This document shows, one piece after another, positions 50,388 through 59,670 of a stretch of DNA of 64,000 nt. The notes beneath the pieces are model-generated. The model searched no databases. It was not told where the DNA came from and worked only from the letters and a program-made list of their open reading frames with translations. Every line of letters begins with the position of its first letter. Within the stretch, counting starts at the first letter, position 1. The stretch lies in the NCBI GenBank assembly GCA_910583545.1, contig CAJTXM010000001.1, positions 72,865 to 136,864 on the forward strand, in the 5' to 3' direction. The position numbers and the translations under genes are program-made. This DNA comes from an uncultured Christensenella sp. GTDB lineage: Bacteria > Bacillota > Clostridia > Christensenellales > Borkfalkiaceae.

Positions 50388-52703
50388 ATGACGGAGTTAA
50401 TTGCCGAAAAAACGTTTGAAGCAATATTGCGCGACGACGCCGTTTCGTTCGGCGCGCTTATGGAAAAGGACCGTATCGGGGCATACCGCTACGGCAGATT
50501 TCCCGTACTCTCTTTGATGTATCTGTTCAAATCAAAAAAACTTATAAAGCGCTACGAAGAGGAGTTTATCAAAATCACTTCGTTTACGGAAAAGAACGAA
50601 CCCGTTACGGCGTTTTCAGAGTTTAAAAAGATTGCGGGCAAATGTTTAAGACTCTATTTTTCGGAAATTGTTTCACCGCTTGAAATGCTGCTTATTTCGG
50701 ACGATATAAGGCGGTTGAAGCGGATATATCCCCTTGCGAAGCCGTCAGAGGATATTAAAAAGAGGCTCAAAGAGGCTTACTTTATAAGATACGGACTCGA
50801 CATAAAGTACGAAAACGGACGGATAATCTTAGACAGACGCCCTTTGAGTAAAACGCGGAAAAGGAAAATAATTGCCGTCTGCGCAGGAGTATTCTTCGCA
50901 GTAGCGATAACCGTGCTTACGCCCTCGCTTGCAATATCGCTTATGCCCAAGCCGGTCGAGGGCGACGTTACAGAACTGAGCCAGATAGACTTCTCTTCGA
51001 AAAAGAAATACACGCTCAAAAACGATTTGGTTCTGCCGGAAAACTATTCGGTGGAGAGGGTCAACTGCAGTATAGACGGCGGAGGGAAAAAGCTTATTTT
51101 TAAATCGGGCGCAACGCTCGGCGCGCTGTACGGAAAATTTTATAACGCCGAGGTCGAAACGTCGGGGGATAAGCCCGTGTTCACACTCGTCGCCGAAACG
51201 GCGGAAGTCGAAAATATCGTATTAAAAGTCAATGCGGATTTTACCGCGGAAGAGTCTGTGGCCTTTCTTGCAAAAACCAATCTCGGCACGGTGGAAAAAG
51301 TTACTCTCGGCGTGAGCGGAAAAATGGGCGCGTACGCGGAGCAGAACGGCGAAGAAGCGATTTCGCTGACGTTCGGCGGTATCGTGCAGAATAACTATTA
51401 TAAATACAATTCACAGCTTCAGACGACTTACAGGGGAACCGTCAGGGACTGCACCGCAACGTACGACGGCTTTTCTCTTACGGGCACGGCAGGCGCAAAC
51501 CCGGCGTTCGGCGGAATTACAGGCTTAAACTACGGCACCGTTCAGGGCTGTACCGTTTCGGGTAATATCAGTGGCGACACTTTCGATATTGCGGGCATTT
51601 GCGTTGAAAACCAGGGGCTTCTTTCGGACGTCAAAAACACGGCGGAGCTATATCAGACGAGTCGTGATACGGGCTGGAATACGGTCACCTGCGGAATAGT
51701 TATAACCAACGGCAACGTGGTCGAAAACTGCGAAAACAGCGGTAATATAACCGCGCTGTCGGAATGCGGAGACCTCGGAGATACCGAAAGAGAGGCTGCC
51801 GTTTCGGCGTCGGGTATCGTCTATATGAGCGATGGGTACGTGTCGAGTCTGATTATAAAGGACTGTAAAAATACTGGTACGGTTACTGCAGGCGCGAAGC
51901 ACAGGAACGCCTACGCTTCGGGCGTGTGCATACTCAACGCAAGCGGTATAATAAGCTGTTCGAATTACGGCAAAATTTCGGGTACGGCGGAAAACGGAAA
52001 GGAGTCTTATACGGGCGGTATAAGCGCCTTTGCCAACGGATATATAGTGATGTCGGAAAACGACGCGGATATAAATTCGTTTGGGTCAAAGAGCTATATA
52101 GGCGGAATTGCGGCAAAATCCGTCGCTCAGATTTATAACTGCATTTCACGGGGCAACGTGAACGCAAGCGCGGATGAGGCGTACGCAGGCGGAATTTTAG
52201 GCTTCGGCGCAGTCGTCCGTGTAGACGGTCCGTTTTATTCGAGTCTTCACTCGGCTTCGATAGAGAGCTGTATTTCGAAAAGCAGTATAAAGGCGGTAAC
52301 GACGGACGAGGGTACGGCATATGTAGGGGGCATTGCAGGATTTTTTGCGGAAGAAAAATTCGAAATAAGCGGTGAAACGGTTATTTACAGCAGCCGTGCG
52401 GTCGGGTCGTATTTTATAGGGAATATCGAAGCGAACGGATATTCGGGAAATATAGTCGGCGCCGTCGGCATAAACATATATGAGAGCAACGCTTTTATAT
52501 CCAACGGAAACGAGATACCTTATTTCGAAGAAAATTTCTACGTTTCAAACCTTCTGACGGCGTTCGGTTCGGCAAAGGACGGGGACGGAAACTTTACTTC
52601 AATCGCGGATAAGGGCGCGGAGAGTAAGGACAGACAGGAGATAGAAGCCGACGAAAAGTATAAAAAAATACTCGATAATTTGACTGCGGAACGGAAGAAA
52701 TAA
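50388..52703 (+). CDS. Single-pass membrane protein with an extracellular array of GLUG-type repeats
   Basis: TM helix IIAVCAGVFFAVAITVLTPSLAISL. Repeated G-G-I-x-G units: FGGITGLNYG, YTGGISAF, YIGGIAAKS, YAGGILGFG, YVGGIAGFF. Confidence 0.7.
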   Translation: MTELIAEKTFEAILRDDAVSFGALMEKDRIGAYRYGRFPVLSLMYLFKSKKLIKRYEEEFIKITSFTEKNEPVTAFSEFKKIAGKCLRLYFSEIVSPLEMLLISDDIRRLKRIYPLAKPSEDIKKRLKEAYFIRYGLDIKYENGRIILDRRPLSKTRKRKIIAVCAGVFFAVAITVLTPSLAISLMPKPVEGDVTELSQIDFSSKKKYTLKNDLVLPENYSVERVNCSIDGGGKKLIFKSGATLGALYGKFYNAEVETSGDKPVFTLVAETAEVENIVLKVNADFTAEESVAFLAKTNLGTVEKVTLGVSGKMGAYAEQNGEEAISLTFGGIVQNNYYKYNSQLQTTYRGTVRDCTATYDGFSLTGTAGANPAFGGITGLNYGTVQGCTVSGNISGDTFDIAGICVENQGLLSDVKNTAELYQTSRDTGWNTVTCGIVITNGNVVENCENSGNITALSECGDLGDTEREAAVSASGIVYMSDGYVSSLIIKDCKNTGTVTAGAKHRNAYASGVCILNASGIISCSNYGKISGTAENGKESYTGGISAFANGYIVMSENDADINSFGSKSYIGGIAAKSVAQIYNCISRGNVNASADEAYAGGILGFGAVVRVDGPFYSSLHSASIESCISKSSIKAVTTDEGTAYVGGIAGFFAEEKFEISGETVIYSSRAVGSYFIGNIEANGYSGNIVGAVGINIYESNAFISNGNEIPYFEENFYVSNLLTAFGSAKDGDGNFTSIADKGAESKDRQEIEADEKYKKILDNLTAERKK

Positions 52704-52777
52704 AAATTCGGTTTACCTCTTGAAATTTTTAAATTAAGTGTTATAATAGATTATATCTTTTAATGAGGGTGGGAAAA

Positions 52778-53455
52778 ATGCAATTATTGCCTGATAAGCT
52801 CATTGAGCTTGAATATGTAATAAGAATACTTATAGCGGTGCTGTTGGGGTTTGCCATAGGCATCGAGCGCAAAATGCGATTCAAAGAAGCCGGTATGCGC
52901 ACGCATACGATAGTGGCGGCAGGCGCGTGCCTGTTTATGCTTATTTCAAAATACGGCTTTAACGATCTGGGCGGCGAGAAGTTCGACGGGGCAAGACTGG
53001 CGGCGCAGGTCGTTTCGGGCATAGGTTTTATCGGCGCGGGAATGATAATGTACAGAAAGCAGGCGATCCACGGACTGACCACGGCGGCAGGCGTATGGAT
53101 AACTGCAGGCGTGGGAATGGCTGTCGGCGCGGGTATGTACATAGTCGCGGCAAGCTCGACGGTAATCCTCGTCGCGGTGCAGTGCATAATGCACGCGGAT
53201 ATCAGATTTTTCAGAAACAAGCACTATATGCAGCTGAGGGTGGTTTTCTTAAACAATAACGGCGAAAGCGCACAGATTCAGGAGCTGTTCAACGTGGACA
53301 GATATCTTCAGCTCGACGCAAAGAAGCAGGGCGAAGATATCGTGTTTTCGGTGCTTGTGCGGACCGACAAAAATTTTGACGACAAGTTTATTTTAAACGC
53401 GCTCAAAGAATATCCGTACATAATTTCCATTGACCGAATCGACGACGAAAACTAA
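52778..53455 (+). CDS. mgtC: MgtC/SapB-family membrane protein
   Basis: Start set at ATG 52778, with GAGGGTGGG upstream. RILIAVLLGFAIGIERK...GMRTHTIVAAGACLFMLIS. Confidence 0.8.
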   Translation: MQLLPDKLIELEYVIRILIAVLLGFAIGIERKMRFKEAGMRTHTIVAAGACLFMLISKYGFNDLGGEKFDGARLAAQVVSGIGFIGAGMIMYRKQAIHGLTTAAGVWITAGVGMAVGAGMYIVAASSTVILVAVQCIMHADIRFFRNKHYMQLRVVFLNNNGESAQIQELFNVDRYLQLDAKKQGEDIVFSVLVRTDKNFDDKFILNALKEYPYIISIDRIDDEN

Positions 53456-53457
53456 AA

Positions 53458-53488
53458 TAAAAGACGGACGTTCAAGTCCGTCTTTTTC
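53458..53488. terminator. Bidirectional terminator between convergent genes
   Basis: AAAGACGGAC gttcaa GTCCGTCTTT followed by TT. Confidence 0.8.
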
Positions 53489-53498
53489 GATATTTAAA

Positions 53499-54485
53499 TC
53501 AGTAATCGTATTTATCGTCTATCTCGCCGACTAATTCTTCAAGCACGTCCTCCATAGAAATAAGCCCTTTAATTTCTTCGCCGTCCTTTACGATTGCCTG
53601 CGGAACCTGTTGGCTTTGAAGAGTTTCGAAAAGGACGGAAACGTGAACGTCCGAGCCTGTAAACAGCACGGGCTTTAAAATTTTCGATATGTCCGATTTT
53701 CCGCTCAACAACATTTCGTAGAAATCCGCGCGGTAGAGTATGCCTATTATATTCTTCCTTTTTTCGTCGTAGACGGGCACGCGCGAATAGTTGCTTTCCA
53801 CGAAAACGTTTTTGACGGATTTCATATTGTCGGTAATGCAGACCGAAGTTATGTCTTCGGCTTTCGTCATAACCTGAGCCACTGCGGTTTCGTCCAACCT
53901 GATTGTGTTCTGAATTATTTCGGCTTCGGATTCGGCAAGCACGCCCTCGCCGGTTATGTCGTCGACGATAAGCGAAAATTCTTCCTCCGTCATAGTCGGA
54001 CGCTTTTTATTCAGTCTGAAAACTTTGTTGACGAGTTTTTTCCAGCCTTCGAAAATTATATTCAGCGGAGTGAAGAGTATCTGACAGACGTACAGTATTC
54101 TCACTGCGAAAAATGCAAATTCTTCGGGTCGTTCCTTTGCGATGCTCTTCGGCGTGATTTCGCCGAACGTCAGAACGAGGACGGTCATAATCACGGTCGA
54201 AAGCGTCACGCCTAAATCTCCGAACCAGAAAGTAAACACTATCGTGGCGATGGACGCGGAAGCTATATTGACGATATTGTTGCCGATGAGAAGAGTGGAT
54301 AAAAGCCTGTTGTAATTTTCACCCATTTTCAGGACGAGCTTTGCCGATTTTTTCGCGGACGCAAGACTTCTTACTCTTACGGGAGAAAGACTCGTAAACG
54401 CCGTTTCGGACGCCGAAAAGAATGCGGACAACAACAGTAAAACAAACAAAACCGAGACAAGCACAATTGCCGTAACGGTATTCAT
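53499..54485 (-). CDS. CNNM/CorC-type transporter (DUF21 membrane domain plus CBS pair; no CorC_HlyC tail)
   Basis: N-terminal DUF21 with 4 TM helices (ASETAFTSLS...), then a CBS pair. The protein ends right after the CBS region at 328 aa. Confidence 0.8.
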   Translation of the reverse strand: MNTVTAIVLVSVLFVLLLLSAFFSASETAFTSLSPVRVRSLASAKKSAKLVLKMGENYNRLLSTLLIGNNIVNIASASIATIVFTFWFGDLGVTLSTVIMTVLVLTFGEITPKSIAKERPEEFAFFAVRILYVCQILFTPLNIIFEGWKKLVNKVFRLNKKRPTMTEEEFSLIVDDITGEGVLAESEAEIIQNTIRLDETAVAQVMTKAEDITSVCITDNMKSVKNVFVESNYSRVPVYDEKRKNIIGILYRADFYEMLLSGKSDISKILKPVLFTGSDVHVSVLFETLQSQQVPQAIVKDGEEIKGLISMEDVLEELVGEIDDKYDY

Positions 54486-54536
54486 AAAAAAATTCCTCCG
54501 ATAATTTAATATTTTTGTCTGATCGAAAGCAGAGTA

Positions 54537-54662
54537 TTACACGCCACGGCCCTCCCCCGTACAGCAAAAAAACACAGTCTGCGTCAAATTCGGCAGACTA
54601 TGCTTATCGGAAAAATTATTCGTCTTTTCATAAAAGGCAACGCAACTTGGGGCGTCGTCCAT
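54537..54662 (-). CDS. Candidate 41-aa leader peptide upstream of the CNNM gene
   Basis: AAGGAGAAAAAATAATATG. MDDAPSCVAFYEKTNNFSDKHSLPNLTQTVFFCCTGEGRGV. The ORF reads through the leader terminator. Confidence 0.35.
   Translation of the reverse strand: MDDAPSCVAFYEKTNNFSDKHSLPNLTQTVFFCCTGEGRGV
54564..54601 (-). terminator. Intrinsic terminator inside the 5' leader (attenuator)
   Basis: On the minus strand: AGTCTGC cgaatttgac GCAGACT followed by gtgTTTTTTT. It lies about 80 nt upstream of the CNNM start. Confidence 0.6.
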
Positions 54663-54693
54663 ATTATTTTTTCTCCTTGAAAAAGATGAATTG

Positions 54694-54722
54694 ATATTAT
54701 CACAAATTCGTTCGGTTGTCAA
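54694..54722 (-). promoter_or_regulatory. Sigma-A-type promoter for the leader and CNNM transcript
   Basis: On the minus strand: TTGACA, 17-nt spacer, TAATAT. Confidence 0.55.
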
Positions 54723-54841
54723 ACGTTTTGAATAATCGGTATAATTTGCAAAATTATGCGTTTTTTATATAACTTATATTATAAAATATTATTTTACTTT
54801 ATTATAAAATATGTTATAATCTAATAAAAAGGGGGCTGCAA

Positions 54842-55375
54842 ATGAATATCTGGCACGAAATAGACGAAAAGAGGATAGAGGAAAATAAATTCGAAGCGCT
54901 GATAGAAATACCGAAGGGAAGCAAGGCAAAGTATGAACTCGATAAGGAAACGGGACTTCTTAGGTTGGACAGGGTACTGTATACGTCGACGGTGTATCCT
55001 GCGAATTACGGATTTATACCCCGTACGCTTGCCGACGACGGAGATCCTCTGGACGTACTTATACTTTGCAACGAGATAATCTATCCTATGACTTTGGTGA
55101 CGTGTATGCCGATAGGCGTTATAAAGATGATAGACGGCGGCGAAATGGACGAAAAGATAATCGCCGTACCGCTGAACGATCCAAATTATAAACACTACTA
55201 CGATATAAAGGAATTGCCAAAACATATCTTCGACGAAATGATGCACTTTTTCGAAGTGTATAAGATGCTCGAACACAAGACTACGACAGTCAAGGAAATC
55301 TGTCACAAATACGAAGCTATTCAGATTATCCGTAAATGTATAGATAATTATAACCTTAAATATATCAAGAAGTAA
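54842..55375 (+). CDS. ppa: Family I inorganic pyrophosphatase
   Basis: KYELDKETGLLRLDRVLYTS..YPANYGFIPRTLADDGDPLDVL. Confidence 0.9.
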   Translation: MNIWHEIDEKRIEENKFEALIEIPKGSKAKYELDKETGLLRLDRVLYTSTVYPANYGFIPRTLADDGDPLDVLILCNEIIYPMTLVTCMPIGVIKMIDGGEMDEKIIAVPLNDPNYKHYYDIKELPKHIFDEMMHFFEVYKMLEHKTTTVKEICHKYEAIQIIRKCIDNYNLKYIKK

Positions 55376-55460
55376 ATAAAACAGCGCCGCCCGTAATGCG
55401 CACTTCCCATAAGTAATTAAAAAACTAAATTATTAAGAGTTATACTTTCAAGCAAGGACA

Positions 55461-55494
55461 AAAGCTCTCGAACGATATGTTCGAGAGCTTTTTA
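55461..55494 (+). terminator. Rho-independent terminator
   Basis: 13-bp stem AAAGCTCTCGAAC / GTTCGAGAGCTTT followed by TT. Confidence 0.8.
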
Positions 55495-55525
55495 CTACAA
55501 ACCATTTACAAAGATAAATTGAAAT

Positions 55526-55939
55526 TTACAGTTCTATCGTTTCAATCTTAAAATCGCAATAATACTCGGCTTTTTTGCCTACAAATTTCAATACGCAATA
55601 ATCGGGGTCGGTTACGCCTTGTTTGTAAAACAGCTTGTCGCCGAAACGCCAAATTGCGTCTTTGGTTGCTTGATCGGTACAAACCTGCATTTCGCCCGTA
55701 ATCGATACGCCCTGATACTTGAATCTTCCGCGTTTGTAAAAATAGACGCACGCTTTATTGTTTGCTAAATATTGTTTGATTTTATTAGACGAAGTATTTG
55801 TACTGAAATAGATTTCGTTACCGTCTATTTTGCGAGGGGCAAGCATTGCCCTTATTACGGGAAACCCTTGCTCGTTGACAGAGGCAATAAAAGCCGTTTT
55901 TTGTTCCGATATAAATTGCAAAATTTGTGTTTTATCCAT
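55526..55939 (-). CDS. Pyridoxamine 5'-phosphate oxidase-family (general stress protein 26-like) protein
   Basis: FIASVNEQGFPVIRAM...IYFSTNTSSNKIKQ...ACVYFY is the split-barrel pattern. Confidence 0.75.
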   Translation of the reverse strand: MDKTQILQFISEQKTAFIASVNEQGFPVIRAMLAPRKIDGNEIYFSTNTSSNKIKQYLANNKACVYFYKRGRFKYQGVSITGEMQVCTDQATKDAIWRFGDKLFYKQGVTDPDYCVLKFVGKKAEYYCDFKIETIEL

Positions 55940-56199
55940 TGTTTTTTTCTCCGTTAAATTATTGTTTATCGTACAATTATTATATCACGAAAAATGAAAG
56001 AATGCAACCCATTGAATTTTGCGGGAAATATAAAACATATCTATATCTCACTATGCTACGAGTAGCCTGATTCGTCCACGAAAAAAAGTACAGAAAAGGC
56101 ACAGCTTAACGCTATGCCTAAATCTTTTTATTTGCGTTTTATTAAATTCCCTGTGGGAATTACGGTAACGGGCGGGCTGTTTTTTGCTATGTAAGGGTT

Positions 56200-57084
56200 T
56201 TATTTATTCAGTACCGTTCTGTAAAGCTCGCGCGAGGCGTTCGTGTGGGGGTGGTGAGGATCTGATATGATGCAGATCTGCCGTGCAGGCAGTTCCCTGT
56301 CGATTCCTATTTTAAAAACTTCGCCTTTTTCTATCGCTTTGCGCGCCATATCGTAAGGAACGAAGCCGAGCCCGAAGTTGTGCCGTATCATAGGTACTAA
56401 AAGGTCGGCGCTGTCCACCTCGATATCGGGCGTAACGGAAAGACCTTTTTCGGATAAATACGAATCGATAAACTGTCTTAGCTGCATATGGCTTCTCAGC
56501 CCTACGACGGGATACGAGCGAAGCTCTTCAAGCGGAAGCACTTTGTCTTTCAGCTCTTCGAATTTGCTTCCGCCTATCAGAACGTCGTTGAACTGTTTAA
56601 TTACGGAAACATTCAGCTCTTTCGTGTTGCTGTACGGCGTGGACACGAAAGCAAGGTCGGCAATACCGCTTTTGAGCTGATTTATGCAGTTGTTGGTCGA
56701 GCCCGTGTTTATTTTGAATTTTACTTTCGGGAACTTATTCAGATGAAAATCGTCGAGTATATCGAACAGGTAACACCTCAGCGCGGTGACGGTCGCGGCA
56801 ATGTAGACCGTTCCGTTTTCAACGCTGTTCGAACGGCTTATTTCCTCCTCGCCCTTGACTATCTGGCTGTGCGCCGCCGAGATATATTCGAACAGCTTTC
56901 CGCCGTCGTGCGTAAATTCTACGCCGTTTTTAGTCCTGACAAACAGCCTGCAACCGAGCTCGGCTTCGAGGTTCTGTATCGCCCTCGTTACGGCAGGCTG
57001 GCTTGAAAACAGGTCCGCCGCCGCCCTCGTAATGTTCTTGTGTTTTCCCACGTAGTAAAATATTTTATAGTACTCGTAATTCAT
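56200..57084 (-). CDS. LysR-family transcriptional regulator
   Basis: HTH ITRAAADLFSSQPAVTRAIQNLEAELGCRLFVRT. It is divergent from the malic enzyme gene. Confidence 0.85.
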   Translation of the reverse strand: MNYEYYKIFYYVGKHKNITRAAADLFSSQPAVTRAIQNLEAELGCRLFVRTKNGVEFTHDGGKLFEYISAAHSQIVKGEEEISRSNSVENGTVYIAATVTALRCYLFDILDDFHLNKFPKVKFKINTGSTNNCINQLKSGIADLAFVSTPYSNTKELNVSVIKQFNDVLIGGSKFEELKDKVLPLEELRSYPVVGLRSHMQLRQFIDSYLSEKGLSVTPDIEVDSADLLVPMIRHNFGLGFVPYDMARKAIEKGEVFKIGIDRELPARQICIISDPHHPHTNASRELYRTVLNK

Positions 57085-57231
57085 ACTGCTTCACTTCCAT
57101 ATCAATTTGTTATAATACTTATGATATATTATTATTTTACATTATAACTGTTCCGTGATAGAATGTAAAGGAAAATGAAACTAAATAAAAAATTATGTTA
57201 TAAATTAACAAAAAATTATGGAGGCAGAAGA

Positions 57232-58410
57232 ATGAATTACAGGGAAACGTCTTTGAAAAAGCACGGCGAGTGGAAGGGCAAAATAGAAACTGTGGCGCGC
57301 GTGCCCGTGGACAGCAGAGAAGCGCTGTCGCTGGCGTACACGCCGGGCGTTGCCGAACCCTGTCTGGCAATTCATAACGACACGGAAAAAAGCTTTGAGC
57401 TGACGAGGCGCTGGAACACTGTTCCCGTCATCACCGACGGAACGGCGGTTCTGGGGCTGGGCGATATAGGTCCTGAGGCGGGTATGCCCGTAATGGAGGG
57501 CAAGTGCGCGCTTTTCAAGGCATTCGGAAACGTCGACGCATATCCCATATGTCTGAGAACCAAGGACACGGAAGAGATAATCAATACAATCAAATTTATG
57601 GCAGGCTCTTTCGGCGGAATCAATTTAGAGGATATATCCGCGCCGCGCTGTTTCGAAATAGAAACAAGGCTAAAAGAGGAGCTGGATATTCCCGTCTTTC
57701 ACGACGATCAGCACGGAACTGCAATAGTTTCAGCCGCCGCGCTCATAAACGCTTTAAAGCTTACGGGCAAAAAAACGGACGCCATTAAGCTTGTGATAAA
57801 CGGCGCGGGCGCCGCAGGTATAGCTATAGGCAGATTTTTATTGAAACTCGGCGTCAAAGATGTTACGCTCTGCGATCTCAAAGGCATAGTCTGCGACGGC
57901 GAAGAGTGGCTCAACCCTGCGCAGAAGCAGGTAGCAAAGATAACTAATTTATCGCACGCAAAGGGCAAGCTTGCAGACGCAATGCGCGGAGCGGACGTGT
58001 TCATCGGCGTTTCGGGACCGCATTGCGTGACCAAAGAGATGGTAAGGTCGATGGCGGAAAAACCCGTACTGTTCACTTGCGCAAACCCCGTCCCCGAAAT
58101 AGAGCCGGAGGACGCTTTGGAGGCAGGTGCGTTCATAGTCGGAACGGGATCTTCCGAACACCCCAATCAGATAAATAACGTTCTGGTTTTCCCCGGACTT
58201 TTCCGCGGAGCGCTCGATGCGAGGGCGTCGACGGTGAACGACGAAATGATGATAGCGGCGGCATACGGCATCGCTTCGTGCGTGGGCGAAAAAGAGCTTG
58301 CGCCCGATTACATTCTTCCCTATGCCTACGACAAGTCGGCGCACAGAGCCGTTGCAAAAGCGGTGGAGGAAGCCGTTTACAGGACGGGCGTTTCCAAACT
58401 GAAAAAGTAG
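57232..58410 (+). CDS. NAD(P)-dependent malic enzyme (short form, no PTA domain)
   Basis: Start moved to ATG 57232, with GGAGG upstream. LSLAYTPGVAEPC, VITDGTAVLGLGDIG, FHDDQHGTA, INGAGAAG. Confidence 0.9.
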   Translation: MNYRETSLKKHGEWKGKIETVARVPVDSREALSLAYTPGVAEPCLAIHNDTEKSFELTRRWNTVPVITDGTAVLGLGDIGPEAGMPVMEGKCALFKAFGNVDAYPICLRTKDTEEIINTIKFMAGSFGGINLEDISAPRCFEIETRLKEELDIPVFHDDQHGTAIVSAAALINALKLTGKKTDAIKLVINGAGAAGIAIGRFLLKLGVKDVTLCDLKGIVCDGEEWLNPAQKQVAKITNLSHAKGKLADAMRGADVFIGVSGPHCVTKEMVRSMAEKPVLFTCANPVPEIEPEDALEAGAFIVGTGSSEHPNQINNVLVFPGLFRGALDARASTVNDEMMIAAAYGIASCVGEKELAPDYILPYAYDKSAHRAVAKAVEEAVYRTGVSKLKK

Positions 58411-58486
58411 GTTTTTTTGCTAACGCAAAAAGGGCAGGCAACTTACGTTGCCTGCCGCATAAATCACTATCAGTCGGAGGTCTGAA

Positions 58487-59647
58487 ATGAAAAGAAAATT
58501 TTTCCCGATTATTCTGTCGGCTGTTTTGCTTGCACTCGGTTGCGGAATTTCCGCGTCCTGTTCGGGGAATGACGAATTCAGCTTCAAAGTGGCTTCGGGC
58601 GTCAGGGCAAGCCTTTCGGATAACGGCAGATACGGCTTCGTGCTTACGGTGAAAGGAGAGGGGGAAATACCCGATTACGCCTCCGCGAAGGACGCGCCCT
58701 GGTACAGAAAATCGGGAAGAATTACCGACGTGGTCATCGGCGAGGGTATTACCAAAATCGGGGATAACGCCTTTACGGACTGCAAGGTCAAGACCGTCGT
58801 CGTACCGTCGACGGCAAAGACAGTCGGCAGAAACTGTTTTTATAAGAATACCGGAATCTGCGTTTTCGGCGAAACGGTCACCGCGGACGGGGCAAAGACT
58901 TACGCCTATTCGGAAACCAAGCCCGATACGGAAAATACGCACTGGCGCTATATAGGGAACACCGCTTTCGTCTGGGAGAAAAAGAAAGTTCTCTTTATCG
59001 GCAACAGCTTTACTTTTTACAGCGATATCCCTGCGCTTTTCAATGAAATTGCCGTTTCGGCAGGCGAATGGACGGAGGTCGAGTCGGTGACGCAGGGAAG
59101 CTGGACGCTTAAAAAATTTGCGGATAAAAACGACGAATACGGAAAGATAGTCGACGAAAAACTCACTTCGAACAACGACTACGACGCGATAATTTTGCAG
59201 GAACAGAGTACTAAACCGCTCAACGATTACGACGGGTTTTTGTCGTCGGTAAAGAGCTTGCAGAGCAAGATAAACAGGACGCAGGCAGACTGCCGTATTT
59301 ATCTTTATTCGACCTGGGGCTATAAGGAAGAAGCGGACGCAAGGAAAATTACCGTTCCCGAAATGGAGGCAAAGATACGCGAAGCGTACGAAAAAGCCGC
59401 GTCGGCTGCGGGGCTGAAAGTCTGTTACGTCGGTTCGGCGTTCACGGCTGTATACAATGATTATCCCCATCTTAATCTGTATTACCAGGACAATAAACAT
59501 CCCTCGTATACGGGCGCGTTTCTTTCGGCTTGCGTACATTTTGCTACTGTCCTCGATATCGATCCGCGCATATCGCCGTATATCGGCGGACTTGACGCGG
59601 ATACGGCAAATATACTTAAAACGGCTGCATATAACGCGGCACATTAA
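58487..59647 (+). CDS. Lipoprotein with BspA-type leucine-rich repeats and an SGNH-like (DUF4886-type) domain
   Basis: Signal peptide and Cys (LLALGCGISASCSG). GEGITKIGDNAFTDCKVKTVVVPSTAKTVGRNCF. VLFIGNSFTFY...ILQEQS. Confidence 0.7.
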   Translation: MKRKFFPIILSAVLLALGCGISASCSGNDEFSFKVASGVRASLSDNGRYGFVLTVKGEGEIPDYASAKDAPWYRKSGRITDVVIGEGITKIGDNAFTDCKVKTVVVPSTAKTVGRNCFYKNTGICVFGETVTADGAKTYAYSETKPDTENTHWRYIGNTAFVWEKKKVLFIGNSFTFYSDIPALFNEIAVSAGEWTEVESVTQGSWTLKKFADKNDEYGKIVDEKLTSNNDYDAIILQEQSTKPLNDYDGFLSSVKSLQSKINRTQADCRIYLYSTWGYKEEADARKITVPEMEAKIREAYEKAASAAGLKVCYVGSAFTAVYNDYPHLNLYYQDNKHPSYTGAFLSACVHFATVLDIDPRISPYIGGLDADTANILKTAAYNAAH

Positions 59648-59670
59648 TAAAATTTTTCAGGAGGAAGATA

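Noticed and set aside
54486-54700. M-box (Mg2+) riboswitch upstream of the CNNM gene
   Set aside because: The leader lacks the conserved GGTGAGG-containing core and the other M-box stretches I can recall. It is reported instead as a generic attenuator that needs an Rfam scan.
58133-59644. 503-aa minus-strand ORF, the longest unannotated ORF in the track
   Set aside because: It lies entirely antisense to the malic enzyme 3' end and the 58487-59647 lipoprotein gene. It is Arg/Cys/Phe-rich with no RBS or motif, as expected for a shadow frame in GC-rich coding DNA.
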